A stretch of 64,000 bases of DNA from Opitutales bacterium (GTDB taxonomy: Bacteria > Verrucomicrobiota > Verrucomicrobiia > Opitutales > UBA2987): the NCBI GenBank assembly GCA_965226885.1, contig CBDDEL010000017.1, forward strand, positions 416,001 to 480,000, given 5' to 3'. Position numbers and translations under genes: made by a program. Positions 9,556-19,694 of the stretch are shown here, piece by piece. The stretch's first letter is position 1. Each line of letters begins with the position of its first letter. The notes below the pieces were generated by a model. The model ran no database searches. It was given only the letters and a program-made list of their open reading frames with translations, and was not told where the DNA came from.

Positions 9556-10500
9556 ATGAATACGAAGAATCTCGACGAAGGAACACTCGAAGCAAATCGA
9601 ACGGAGCAACATCCGAATCGCGACAATGCCGATGTTCCCGATGATGTCCGCTTGGAATTAAGGTTGCCCTACGGAGAAGTAGAGGGCCGCCAACTGACAC
9701 TCGATTTGTTTACGCCTAAGAGCCAGCCTTCTCATCCACGCCCAGCCATCGTTTTTCTTCATGGCGGCGCTTGGTGGGAGGGGAGTCCAAGTCAGTTCCA
9801 TTTTCAGGCCGCCCATCTGGCTTCACGATATGGTTTTTTCTCAGTTAGTGTTGACTATCGTCTGAGCCGGGAAGCACCATTTCCCGCAGCATTACAGGAT
9901 GCGAAGTGCGCGGTACGATGGGTCAGAAGCAAATGTGATGATTTTAATATAGATCCGAACCGCATTGCCATCTGCGGCGGCTCGGCAGGAGCTCACGTTT
10001 CTTCCATGATGCTCACCACTGCCGGAGTATTTGAATACGAAGGGTCAGGTGGGAATGATGGATATGGTAGCGATGTAAATCTCGGTATTCTGTTTAACGG
10101 TGAGTTCGATATGTGGGATCTTGTCAATAAAGGCAGTCTCACAGAACCGATGCGTCTGTTCATGGGAGGAACACCGGAAGAAGTTCCAGACCGTTACACA
10201 GAACTCAGCTCGATAGATCGAATCCATTCAACCGTCCCTCCCATATTGCTCCTCCACGGCACGGAAGACAAATGTGTCTCACATAATCAGTCCCTTGCCT
10301 TTCACAAAAAGCTCACGTCTTTGGTAAGTCATTCCGATGTGGAGATTTATGACGGCAAACCGCATGCCTGGTTTAATAAGGAACCCGACAGGACAATCAC
10401 CACCAAACGTATGGTTCGCTTTCTTGTTAATCAGTTTGGTCTAAAAAAGAATGAGACAGTAACGGGCGGTTCCGACAAAACACCGGCATCAGGCCCGTAG
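9556..10500 (+). CDS. Alpha/beta hydrolase (HSL/BD-FAE-like esterase)
   Basis: HGGAW oxyanion motif, GGSAG nucleophile, HGTED, PHAW; RBS AGAGGA. Confidence 0.9.
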   Translation: MNTKNLDEGTLEANRTEQHPNRDNADVPDDVRLELRLPYGEVEGRQLTLDLFTPKSQPSHPRPAIVFLHGGAWWEGSPSQFHFQAAHLASRYGFFSVSVDYRLSREAPFPAALQDAKCAVRWVRSKCDDFNIDPNRIAICGGSAGAHVSSMMLTTAGVFEYEGSGGNDGYGSDVNLGILFNGEFDMWDLVNKGSLTEPMRLFMGGTPEEVPDRYTELSSIDRIHSTVPPILLLHGTEDKCVSHNQSLAFHKKLTSLVSHSDVEIYDGKPHAWFNKEPDRTITTKRMVRFLVNQFGLKKNETVTGGSDKTPASGP

Positions 10501-10525
10501 TAAACTACAATCCAGGTATTAAGTT

Positions 10526-11416
10526 CTAGCCTAATTCAGGTCCGGCCGCGGCGAAAATTTCATTGGGTCGCCCGAAGGGTGTCCGTCGTCCTTTGCCCAT
10601 GCGGACAAAATCCCGCTGACGGGTGAATCCGCGAGAGCTCAGCCATTGGCAAAGTCCCTGGCATAGCAGAGGCGCGTCTATAAATACCGGCCCCTGCAGT
10701 CGGGCCAGGGCAAATGCGATTAATCTTTGCCCGATTTCCTCGTCTTGGGCGACCACCGGTCCGATTTGCGTAGCGGTTCTGCCATCCCGGCCCAGGAGGT
10801 ATCCCAGCACGTTTTCTTTTATGTCGCGGTAGGTGCAGCAAAAGTCTCCGCTGCGGCCATACAGTTCCCGCAGAACGAAACCTCTGTCGCCGCCGAAGCG
10901 TTCTGCATCCCAGGCGCAGATTTCTTCGAGTTCAGGGCCGGATATCGATTGAACTTCTGGTTGCTGCGGTTCGTGGCCGCCGCCTGCTCGATATCCCTCC
11001 CCGGAGGCTTGCCAGCGGCTTAAAGGGTAGAGTTGGCTAAAACCTAACCGCTGGTAAACTTTTTGCCCCGCTTCGGTCGCATCGAGGATCGAGACAACGC
11101 CTTGCGCCTCCAATTCCGCTATGCAGGATTTCACCAATTCCGTGGCCAGTCCGCGCTTCCTCCAACTCTTCGTCACCAGCACCATACTGATCCAGGCGAA
11201 GGAGCCGCCGAAAGGGAGAGTGGCTGCTGTGGCAATCAACTCATTTTGACCGGTGAATAGTCCCCTAGCATTGCCCCGCGCGATTAAAAATTCCCAATCG
11301 CAAATGGTTTGGTTCCAATTGGCTTCTTTGGATAGCATGAGGGCCGCTCCGGCTTGTGCGGTTGTCAGCCGGTCCATTCGCAATTCTCCAATGGTTTCCA
11401 TTTTTGGTTTCGCCAA
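10526..11416 (-). CDS. GNAT family N-acetyltransferase (two-domain, YitH-like)
   Basis: ISMVLVTKSWRKRGLAT, LDATEAGQKVYQRLGF, QIGPVVA. Confidence 0.85.
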   Translation of the reverse strand: MAKPKMETIGELRMDRLTTAQAGAALMLSKEANWNQTICDWEFLIARGNARGLFTGQNELIATAATLPFGGSFAWISMVLVTKSWRKRGLATELVKSCIAELEAQGVVSILDATEAGQKVYQRLGFSQLYPLSRWQASGEGYRAGGGHEPQQPEVQSISGPELEEICAWDAERFGGDRGFVLRELYGRSGDFCCTYRDIKENVLGYLLGRDGRTATQIGPVVAQDEEIGQRLIAFALARLQGPVFIDAPLLCQGLCQWLSSRGFTRQRDFVRMGKGRRTPFGRPNEIFAAAGPELG

Positions 11417-11440
11417 GAGGCGCCTTTTCCAGACGATTCT

Positions 11441-12490
11441 TCAAGCCAGCCAGCGATCGATGTTTTCCTTCACGAAGGCGTCGTCGTTGAAAGTGGGGTA
11501 AGCTCGCTGCACACGATGGAGTTCCTTTTCCTGGCCGGGGGAGAGCGTCAATTCTTGATCGAGACATCGGCGGGAGGGGACCAGACCTTGTCGGCGCAGC
11601 ACCTCCAATATTCCTGGTATACACCCCGAAAACTGATTGGCGGCATCAAAAATAGCCGCATTGGCGTCGGTTAAGGCGATATTCATTTTGAGCCATTTGG
11701 CCGGGATTTCCTTTTGCCCCCGGACTCGTTTAAGTTCCTCCAGCAGTTGGACCGCCCGTTGCGTCCAAACGCCCCATTGCCCCAGCAGTCCTCCGTTAAA
11801 CAAACGGCAACCCTGTTTCCCTCCCACCGGAAATTCATAGATCGTCAATAGATCGAGGATGATATTGTCGTCGTTACCAGTGTAGAGAGCAATGTCCTCG
11901 CGGCCGCTTTCGACAACGGCTCGAACCACATCAAGCGTCTGATACCGGTTGAAGGGCGCGATCTTGACCGCCACGACATTGGGGATCTCGATAAATTGCC
12001 TCCAGAAATCAAAACTGAAAAGACGACCTCCAACCGACGGCTGCAAATAAAACCCGATCACAGCAATCTCTTGAGCGACCCTCCGGCAATGCTCCAGCAC
12101 GGCGGATTCCGGCTCGCTCCTCCAGGCGCCTAGACTGAGTAAACCGACTTCGTAATTAAGGGAGAGAGCAGTTTGCGCCTCCTGCAATGCCTGAGCGGTT
12201 TTGCCGCACAAACCGGCGATTCGGGCAAATCTCTCCCCTTCCCTTCCTGAGTACGCATCAATCTCCTCCGAAACGAGCCTCAAAACCGGCTCGAACAAGC
12301 CATGCTGCGGATCGCGGATTTCAAATTGAGTTGAATGCACCCCGACTGCCAACCCACCCGCTCTTGCATCGATATAGTATCGCACCAAAACCCTCTGATA
12401 TTGCTCCGACCAAATACCATTTTCATTGAGAGCCAACGGACAGGCAGGCACAACCTGCCCTTCTAGCAAGTGTTCGCGCAATCCTTTCAA
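11441..12490 (-). CDS. Dihydrodipicolinate synthase/N-acetylneuraminate lyase-like family protein
   Basis: GLAVGVHSTQF, FYLQ, VAVKIAPF (Schiff-base Lys), YTGNDD. Confidence 0.8.
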   Translation of the reverse strand: MKGLREHLLEGQVVPACPLALNENGIWSEQYQRVLVRYYIDARAGGLAVGVHSTQFEIRDPQHGLFEPVLRLVSEEIDAYSGREGERFARIAGLCGKTAQALQEAQTALSLNYEVGLLSLGAWRSEPESAVLEHCRRVAQEIAVIGFYLQPSVGGRLFSFDFWRQFIEIPNVVAVKIAPFNRYQTLDVVRAVVESGREDIALYTGNDDNIILDLLTIYEFPVGGKQGCRLFNGGLLGQWGVWTQRAVQLLEELKRVRGQKEIPAKWLKMNIALTDANAAIFDAANQFSGCIPGILEVLRRQGLVPSRRCLDQELTLSPGQEKELHRVQRAYPTFNDDAFVKENIDRWLA

Positions 12491-12605
12491 TTTAACTCAA
12501 TAGTTTTCAATTTGTTATGAATGACTAGAACCTGTCTTCTGCTGTTTTTCAATCTTTGATTAGGTGGATGCGGTGGAGGTCAAGGGGGTAGGAGTTGGGG
12601 TGGTT

Positions 12606-13634
12606 TTAGAAATTTCCGGTGCGTTGTTCGAAGAGGGTCGGTTTGCCCCAGGTTTCTCCGTCGGCTTGCAGCCAGAACGCCGTCCAGGCGATGATTTGCT
12701 CTATGTCCACTTCTTTGCCGTTGAACAGGTGCCGGGATTTTTGCGCGTTGTTGAGCCAGCCCGTCTTCGCTTCCTGTCCCGTGATGATCGGCTTTTTGTC
12801 GAATATTTCTCCGAATCTTTGGGCCACCTGGCGCACCGAGAGGGTTTGCGATCCGGCCACGTTCAGGATGAAGGGCGGAGAGGTCGCGTATGATAGTGTC
12901 TGGATGATGTAGGCGATGGCATCGCCCTGCCAGATGGCGTTGAAATGCCCCGTGGTGACATCGATGGGCTTGCCTTGATAAACTTTTTCCGCTATGTCCA
13001 TGAGTATCCCGTAGCGGAATTCCACCGAGTAATTGAGCCGCACGATGGTGCAGGGTGTGCCCTGTTGGCGCGAGGTGTGGATGAATGCTTCCTCCCGGCC
13101 CAGGCAGGAGCGCGCATAGGTGCCCACCGGGTCGGTCTGGTCCTCTTCCCGCGACCCGCCCGAGCTTATCGGCACAAAGGAGTAGACGCAGCCGGTGGAA
13201 AAGACTACCAGGCGCGAATGGCTGAACTTTTTGGCCACCAGTTCCGGCGTGTACACGTTCATCCGCTGGAGCATCTGCGGGGCGGAGGCGGTGCCGAATT
13301 TTATCCCCGCCAGGTAAAATATGTTGGGGCAATCGGGCAGTTCCTCCAGTTCCTCGGCCACGCTCAAGTCGCACCGATGGGTCTCGATGCGGAACTTCTC
13401 GAAATCGATGCGCGGGCGCAGGCTCTGGAAGCGCGATACCGCTATCACACGGTTGTCCCGGCCCAGGAGCCGAAAGCCCTCCTGCAGGGCCAGGGACAGG
13501 TGCAGCCCCATCTTTCCCCCCGCCCCCAGAACCATGACATCTCCTTTGACATTTGCCAGTGCCTCTATTGAGTTCGGGGTCGGTGTGGCAATAAACGAGT
13601 CGATCTCCGCGGTGTGGCAAGGCAAGATTCCCAT
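12606..13634 (-). CDS. NAD-dependent epimerase/dehydratase
   Basis: LGAGGKMG, FSTGCVY, YARSCLGRE, RLNY. Confidence 0.85.
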   Translation of the reverse strand: MGILPCHTAEIDSFIATPTPNSIEALANVKGDVMVLGAGGKMGLHLSLALQEGFRLLGRDNRVIAVSRFQSLRPRIDFEKFRIETHRCDLSVAEELEELPDCPNIFYLAGIKFGTASAPQMLQRMNVYTPELVAKKFSHSRLVVFSTGCVYSFVPISSGGSREEDQTDPVGTYARSCLGREEAFIHTSRQQGTPCTIVRLNYSVEFRYGILMDIAEKVYQGKPIDVTTGHFNAIWQGDAIAYIIQTLSYATSPPFILNVAGSQTLSVRQVAQRFGEIFDKKPIITGQEAKTGWLNNAQKSRHLFNGKEVDIEQIIAWTAFWLQADGETWGKPTLFEQRTGNF

Positions 13635-13670
13635 TGGTTCCTTTAAAAATTTGACAAAATTCAATAAATA

Positions 13671-13686
13671 GTAACTAAATGGTTAC
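13671..13686. promoter_or_regulatory. Palindromic operator GTAACTAAATGGTTAC (site 3, autoregulatory position)
   Basis: Between TTGACA (13651-13656) and tetR ATG (13691), in a 56-bp divergent gap. Confidence 0.85.
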
Positions 13687-13690
13687 GTGC

Positions 13691-14335
13691 ATGAAAAATA
13701 AAGACAAGTCTTTTTCGAGAAAAAAAACGCGGCCCCCCAACACCCGCGAGCGATTGCTTAAAACTGCTATCGGGCTTTTTTCCCGAGACGGCTACAACGG
13801 GGTCTCGGTGGACAAAATCGTGAACGCTGCCGGCGTCAACAAACGGATGGTCTATCACTACTTCGGGAGCAAGGAAAACCTCTACCATGCCGTCCTGCTG
13901 GAAGTTTACCAGCGGCTCGAACGGCTCGAATTGAAAATTTTTGAAAAGCCTCAATCGCCCGAGGAGACCCTCAAACACATTCTCTCCAGCTACTTCACCT
14001 TCCTGGCCGACAACCCCGAATTCGTCAACCTGCTGCTGTGGGAAAACCTCAACCATGGCCGTGCGATCCAAAAACACGGCCACCTGCTGACCAAAAACCC
14101 GGTCATCGCCCACCTCGGCGCCATCATCGAAGAAGGCAAGGAAAAGGGCATCTTCGAGCGTTCAGTCAACGTCAAGCACTTGCTCATCAACTTCATCGGA
14201 CTGTGCTTCATCTACCACTCCAACCGCTACACCCTGAGCCAAGCGCTGGAAATGGATTTGGGAGACAAAGAAGTACGCCAAAACGGCCTCGAGCAAGCCC
14301 TCCACCTCGTCCTCGACGGCATCCGCAGCAAATAA
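13691..14335 (+). CDS. TetR/AcrR family transcriptional regulator (RutR/NicS-like C-terminus)
   Basis: GVSVDKIVNAAGVNKRMVYHYFGSKENLY HTH; LWENL motif. Confidence 0.95.
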   Translation: MKNKDKSFSRKKTRPPNTRERLLKTAIGLFSRDGYNGVSVDKIVNAAGVNKRMVYHYFGSKENLYHAVLLEVYQRLERLELKIFEKPQSPEETLKHILSSYFTFLADNPEFVNLLLWENLNHGRAIQKHGHLLTKNPVIAHLGAIIEEGKEKGIFERSVNVKHLLINFIGLCFIYHSNRYTLSQALEMDLGDKEVRQNGLEQALHLVLDGIRSK

Positions 14336-14358
14336 AAGAATTGCCTACAGATCGTATT

Positions 14359-14398
14359 CGTAAGCAATGACGGCCTGGCGTAAGCAATGACGGCCTGG
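14359..14398 (+). repeat. Perfect 20-bp tandem duplication CGTAAGCAATGACGGCCTGG x2
   Basis: Directly visible between convergent genes. Confidence 0.9.
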
Positions 14399-14447
14399 CT
14401 CCACTGCGCAGAAATATCCCGAAGCATGTTCAACAGGCAAGATTTCC

Positions 14448-17213
14448 TTATTCCCGTAATCTTGACAGTTGGATTTGCGCCCCGTGGTATTCGGCCGAGT
14501 CTTCCAATGCGGTTTCTATAACGGCCTCCAGCAATTCCCCGGCTTCCGTCCGATGATTGTTGACGAGTTTATTTTGAGCCATGAAAAAGAGCGCTGTCGA
14601 ACGCTGTTGCTGCTTTGTGAGGTCCATCACAGCCTGATTAGCGGCGGATAATACCGTTTCGCGGGTGGTTTCGCCGCTAAAATAACCAGCCAGTTTCGTG
14701 AGCCAATCGTTCTTTTCGCTCTCGGGCCTGATTTTCAGGTAGGCTTTGTATTCGGCCAGCGCGATCAGACCTTCACCCAAAAAATCGCGTGCCAGGTAGT
14801 GGTAAAGACGATCGGTATCATTTACCTCCACTGCGGGAAATGCCAGCAGACGCCTGAAATCATCGAACGATTGTGGGTATTGGGCATCGTAAAAATGGGC
14901 GATGCCGCGAAGCTGGTATAACAATGCTTGGTCCGGGTTTTTGGCCAATGCCGCGGTGAAATCGGCCACTGCTCCCTGAATATCGTGAACCAGCATTTTC
15001 AATTTTCCGCGCTTTTCATAGGCGGACGTCGCATCCGGTGAAAGCCGAAGAAGGGAATCCAGATCGGAAATGGCGCCCGCAATATCCTGCCGCAGGTTAC
15101 GCAGAGAGGCGCGCGCGGAGAAGTATTCCGGTATGATGGGGGAGAGTTGAATCGCTCTGTCAAAATCGGCCAATGTGCCCGTGAGGTTACCTTTTCTATA
15201 AATGGCCAGGCCGCGATTGAACCATATACTGGATTCATCGGGACGAAAGATGAGGGCATCGGTATAATCTTCTATCGCTTCGTCTAAGTCGCCCTCTTCG
15301 ACTTTTGCCCATGCCCCTTGCAGGAGGTTCTCCAGGTAAGACGGATCGTTTTCGAGGATCGCTTCGATATCTTGCCTCGATCCTGCAATGTCCTGCAAAT
15401 TTACCTTGGCCCGGGCGCGGGCCGTTTTGGCCCCGGCCAGAGACGGATCGCGTTCCAAGGCCAGATTGGCGTCCTCAATGGCCCCTTGCCAGTCCCCGTC
15501 CGATATTTTGGCCCGACTGCGGTGGTAATAACCATCGGCGTTATCGGGCTGTAGGGCGATCGCGCTGGTGAAATCATTGATTGCCTGTTCCAGTTGCCCC
15601 AATTTGGAGTATGCTTGGCCGCGTTCCCGGTAAGCCGGAATAAATTCGGGTTTCAAGTTAATCGAATGGCCAAACAACTCGATGGCGGCTCCGAAATGGC
15701 CCGCTTTCACTAAATCTTTTCCCTGGTGGTAGGATTTCAGGTAAAATTCCGGGTCAATTTCGTTGATTTTGGCGTAATCCAATTCCGCCGTTTTCCCGTC
15801 ATCCGCCAGTCGGCTAAATTCAGCGCGGCCAAGCCTGGCCTTGATGTCGAGGGGGTTGTTTTCCACCAGCTTCGAATAATCTTTCATGGCGCCTTCCGTG
15901 TTGCCCGTTTCAGCTTTGATGTGAGCCCTGAAAGCAATCGCCTGGCCGGCCTCAGGATTGCCCTCAATGATTATTCCGAGATCTGCCAGGGCGCCCTCGG
16001 TGCGGCCGGAAAGATAACGGGCGCGGGCACGCTGTAACCGCACCAGCCAATCGTCGGGAAATTCTTCCAGGGCGAAAGTGAAATCCGAAATGGCACCTTG
16101 GTAATCCTTTTGCGCCAGTTTGATATTGGCGCGGATGACATAGGCGGTCTGATTGTGGGGCGCAAGTTGGAGAGCTTTTTGGAGGTCTTGCCGAGCTCGA
16201 TCAAATTCCAGCATGTCGGCCAGGGTGGCAGCACGGGAAGTATAGCCATCGACGAATTCCGGCAGCAATTCGATGGTCTTTCCGTAATCCTCCGCCGCCC
16301 GGTTCCATTGGCCAAGACTGCGAAAGATATTTCCTCGAAAAAAATAGGGTCGCCCCAATTGGGGATTCAGTTCGATGGTCTTGCTCAAGTCTTCCAGGGC
16401 ATCTTCCCTGCGGCCCTCGCTTAATCGGAGAATGCCTCTGTGCCAATAGGTGTCGGGAAAATTCGGAGCGTTTGCAATGACGTTGTCGAAGTCCGCTTCG
16501 GCGGCATGGGGCGAGTCCATTTCCACATAGAGCAGGGCGCGCCGGTAATAGGCATCGATATTATCCTGAGGCCGGATTTCTATGGATCGTGAAAAATCGG
16601 CCAAGGCTGCCTCGTAATCGCCCCTGGCTTGCCGGGCGATGGCGCGAAGGTGGAGAATTCGCCAGTTCTCACCTCGCACCAGGAGATAATCCTCATAACC
16701 TGCGATGGCACCCTCTATATCCTCCAGTCTGAGTTTGAGGGGCCCCAGTTTTTCCAGCGCTTCGACCGTGAGCAATTCGCCCCGGTAGGCAGTCTCATAG
16801 TCTTCCAAAGCCCCTTGGTAATCGCCGTTTTTTTTCAGCAAATAGCCACGCCGCAAAACGGCCTCGCGGAAGCCGGGATCGAGGAGGAGCGCCTTAGTGT
16901 AACTCTGCAAAGCGCCTTCAATTTCTCCCAGCGCCTCGAGTGCCTGCCCGGAGTACAAATATATTTGAGGGGCCTCTCCATAATCCTTGATGATGACTTC
17001 CAAAATTTCCAGTGCCCGTTGGTAGTCGCGTTGTCCGATGGCTTTCTTGGCATGTTCGAGAAGATCGGTTGCCAATGAACGCGATTTAGATTGAGGAGTC
17101 GCAACGGAGGTCGAATTGGCGACCACTGTGGAAAATGCCGGAATAATGATTAAACCGAAAATACAGAAGATAACCTGAAACCTGAAACCTGACAACTGTA
17201 TCCTGTTTCCCAT
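14448..17213 (-). CDS. Large tetratricopeptide repeat protein with N-terminal hydrophobic segment and NlpI-like C-terminus
   Basis: Many 34-aa repeats of the type AY..RG......G....A..DF..AI.L.P. Confidence 0.9.
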   Translation of the reverse strand: MGNRIQLSGFRFQVIFCIFGLIIIPAFSTVVANSTSVATPQSKSRSLATDLLEHAKKAIGQRDYQRALEILEVIIKDYGEAPQIYLYSGQALEALGEIEGALQSYTKALLLDPGFREAVLRRGYLLKKNGDYQGALEDYETAYRGELLTVEALEKLGPLKLRLEDIEGAIAGYEDYLLVRGENWRILHLRAIARQARGDYEAALADFSRSIEIRPQDNIDAYYRRALLYVEMDSPHAAEADFDNVIANAPNFPDTYWHRGILRLSEGRREDALEDLSKTIELNPQLGRPYFFRGNIFRSLGQWNRAAEDYGKTIELLPEFVDGYTSRAATLADMLEFDRARQDLQKALQLAPHNQTAYVIRANIKLAQKDYQGAISDFTFALEEFPDDWLVRLQRARARYLSGRTEGALADLGIIIEGNPEAGQAIAFRAHIKAETGNTEGAMKDYSKLVENNPLDIKARLGRAEFSRLADDGKTAELDYAKINEIDPEFYLKSYHQGKDLVKAGHFGAAIELFGHSINLKPEFIPAYRERGQAYSKLGQLEQAINDFTSAIALQPDNADGYYHRSRAKISDGDWQGAIEDANLALERDPSLAGAKTARARAKVNLQDIAGSRQDIEAILENDPSYLENLLQGAWAKVEEGDLDEAIEDYTDALIFRPDESSIWFNRGLAIYRKGNLTGTLADFDRAIQLSPIIPEYFSARASLRNLRQDIAGAISDLDSLLRLSPDATSAYEKRGKLKMLVHDIQGAVADFTAALAKNPDQALLYQLRGIAHFYDAQYPQSFDDFRRLLAFPAVEVNDTDRLYHYLARDFLGEGLIALAEYKAYLKIRPESEKNDWLTKLAGYFSGETTRETVLSAANQAVMDLTKQQQRSTALFFMAQNKLVNNHRTEAGELLEAVIETALEDSAEYHGAQIQLSRLRE

Positions 17214-17216
17214 ATT

Positions 17217-18728
17217 TCAATCCTGTTGCCTGCAATCAAAATGATCAAGAGGCCAGACCGGTCTGCGAATATTTTTGTAGGGCAGGGATTTGAGGTTGCT
17301 GGCGCACGGTCCCGGCGTATCCACTTCTATATTGAGCCGGGCGATTTTGTCGTAAGCCTGCCGATGGGCCACAGCCGCCTTGACATGGATCACGCCAAGC
17401 CGTTCGGGATCGATCCCTTGGCTGCGCCACTGACCGAGGTCGAAGGGGGGCGTTTTTCTGCTCGTCAGGAGAATAGTCGAATTTTTATGCTGGACAACCG
17501 CGCATGGTCCCATATCAACGGTTTTACCGGCGATGGCAGCGAGATGGCTGTGCGGGTCTTCGAGTTGAAAACGGCCATCGGAGGTTGAGACCAGCTGGAC
17601 TTTTAAAGTTAACGATTCGGCCCCGATAACCCCGCTATTTCCGCCTATGGCCAGTTCCACCGTTGCTCCCAAAGGCGACTTCAGCACCTCTTGCACGGCC
17701 TTAGGATCGTTTATTATGGAGCCAATGGAGGGAAAGGAAAATTTGAGCATTTCCTTTAGAACCAGAGTAAGATCGCCGGGAGCGCCCCCGCCTATATTGT
17801 CGGCGGACTCGACTATGACGGCTGGAAAACGGTTCTTTTTTTCAATCAGCGCTAACAGCGCTAGCGCATCATTGAGCGGAAGGCCGGGTTTGGGGCCTTT
17901 GTCTTTCCGTTCCCAGGCCAGGCTTTCCAGATCGTCGAGAACTCCTGCGCAGTCCGTTGAACTGCCGGTCGAGACAAGGGAAAAAGAGACCCCGCAATCC
18001 GCCATATCGGAATAAGCATAGCCCGCGAATACATTCACTACCTCGATTCCTTCTGTTTTCGCCTCCGCCTGGCGGGCCCGCTTCTCGAGGGATTTCATCG
18101 GTTCTTCAGCCGTTGCGGTGGCGCTGGCATTGAGCACGATGGAAGTCTGCCGCCAGATCGTTTTGGGACGGCGCCCGGAAGTAAGACAGCTATGGAGAAG
18201 GTGGGCGGCTCGTATGGCGGTGGCGCGGGCGTCCGTGTGGGGATTTTTCCGATAGGTGACCAGGCAATCGGAGAAACGGGCCATTTTCTCCGTGAAATTG
18301 CAATGCAGATCGAGAATGCCGAAGAGGGGGACCTTTTCCAAACCAGGCAGCCCTCTTATACGGGAAAGCAGCTCGCCCTCGACGTCGGGAAATGAACGCG
18401 AGACCATGGCCCCGTGAAGAAAAAGAAACACCGCATGGATGGTGGTGTTCCGGCCATTGGGCAGGGAATTGAGAAAATCGGCCCAGAAACTCTCCACCAC
18501 TTCGTCCTCGACCATCCCGCCGGGCGTAGCCTGATACAGAACCCCGGGAAAGACCTGCCAGTCGTTGGCCTCGGCCACTTCGAGAAAGCCGTCAACGGGA
18601 GAGGGGGAACCGCGAAAATCGAAAATGGATTCGCCCCGGTATTGCTCAAAGACTTTCAGGGGGGTTGACGAGTTTAGGAAGGTGTGCGTTTCATGCCGCA
18701 ACCCGGCGAAAAAAATGTTCCGTTTCAT
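17217..18728 (-). CDS. M81 family metallopeptidase (MlrC-like)
   Basis: HETHTF, LHGAM, DLHCN, YRKNPHTD and ADNIGGGAPGD motifs. Confidence 0.9.
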   Translation of the reverse strand: MKRNIFFAGLRHETHTFLNSSTPLKVFEQYRGESIFDFRGSPSPVDGFLEVAEANDWQVFPGVLYQATPGGMVEDEVVESFWADFLNSLPNGRNTTIHAVFLFLHGAMVSRSFPDVEGELLSRIRGLPGLEKVPLFGILDLHCNFTEKMARFSDCLVTYRKNPHTDARATAIRAAHLLHSCLTSGRRPKTIWRQTSIVLNASATATAEEPMKSLEKRARQAEAKTEGIEVVNVFAGYAYSDMADCGVSFSLVSTGSSTDCAGVLDDLESLAWERKDKGPKPGLPLNDALALLALIEKKNRFPAVIVESADNIGGGAPGDLTLVLKEMLKFSFPSIGSIINDPKAVQEVLKSPLGATVELAIGGNSGVIGAESLTLKVQLVSTSDGRFQLEDPHSHLAAIAGKTVDMGPCAVVQHKNSTILLTSRKTPPFDLGQWRSQGIDPERLGVIHVKAAVAHRQAYDKIARLNIEVDTPGPCASNLKSLPYKNIRRPVWPLDHFDCRQQD

Positions 18729-18733
18729 CGCCG

Positions 18734-19603
18734 TTACTTGGAAGATGGCGATCCCCGGAAGTTCGGATTTTGGGCATCGATGGCCAGGCGTTTTTGCTGC
18801 GACAGGGCACTCGCCATGGGATGGGTGACGCCGCCTTCCACGCTCAACGTTTGCCCGGTTATGCCCCCGCCAGCCTCGCTTAGAAACAAACACATCGGGG
18901 CCAGCAGGTCGGTTGGGACGATTCGCCTGCGCACCGATTGCCAGTTGATCAAACGCTGGTCTTTCTCCTCATCGCGCCCCTCCTTTTCCACCACAATGGC
19001 TCCTGGTGAGATGCAATTGACGGTTATGCCGCTGGGTCCCAATTCATGGGCGAGGGAGCGGGTCAAGCCTACCAAAGCGCCTTTTGAAGCCACATAGGCG
19101 CTCATATAAACCCCGCCCAGGTCAAAGGTTACAGACCCAATCAGTAAAATGCGGGGGGCCTTACTTTTCTTTAAATGCGGAAGCAATTCGCGCGTAATAT
19201 CGATGGCCGGCTCCACATTGGTGGCCATGACCTGGCGAAAGAAATCCATGTCGAGCTCCTCGAAACGGCGGCGCGGGTCGATGGCGGCATTGTGCACGAT
19301 GCCATCGATGACCTCGTGCCTGGCGGCGATTTCATGGCTGGCCCGGATGCGCGCTTCCCGGTCGGCAAGGTCGCATACGGCATATTCGATGCCACCCCCG
19401 CAGCCCTCATATTCCTCCTGGATTCTTTTCAGAGCGGCCTCTTTGCGGGCGACTAAAATGAGGTGGATTCCCTGGGCCAGAAGTCCCGGAATCAAGCCCA
19501 ACCCAATGCCGCGATTGGCACCCGTAAGGATGATCTTTTTCCCGTCAAGGTCATCAAAATGGAAACCGGGTGAGTAGGTTAGTTTGCCAGTTGGTTTGTT
19601 CAT
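18734..19603 (-). CDS. Short-chain dehydrogenase/reductase
   Basis: TGANRGIG, HNAA, YVASK, VNCISPG. Confidence 0.9.
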   Translation of the reverse strand: MNKPTGKLTYSPGFHFDDLDGKKIILTGANRGIGLGLIPGLLAQGIHLILVARKEAALKRIQEEYEGCGGGIEYAVCDLADREARIRASHEIAARHEVIDGIVHNAAIDPRRRFEELDMDFFRQVMATNVEPAIDITRELLPHLKKSKAPRILLIGSVTFDLGGVYMSAYVASKGALVGLTRSLAHELGPSGITVNCISPGAIVVEKEGRDEEKDQRLINWQSVRRRIVPTDLLAPMCLFLSEAGGGITGQTLSVEGGVTHPMASALSQQKRLAIDAQNPNFRGSPSSK

Positions 19604-19694
19604 TTTAAAAAATCCGTATTAACCATGATGTTCTCAAAAAGTAAGAGCATTGCTTCTAAATTCCAGCCCAAATGGGCTTGAAAGTTTACAAAAA

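Noticed and set aside
12526..12536. TAGAACCTGTC, similar to TAGAACCTATC near 31789, as IS-end remnants
   Set aside because: Too short, with no partner IR or transposase fragment
12580..13620. Long alternative-frame and antisense ORFs (e.g. 12580-13620, 27792-28535, 44181-45053, 58943-59857)
   Set aside because: Shadow ORFs overlapping well-supported genes, with no motifs
14359..14398. Direct repeats as a possible CRISPR array (also 24736-24773)
   Set aside because: Only two adjacent copies, no spacers, no cas genes
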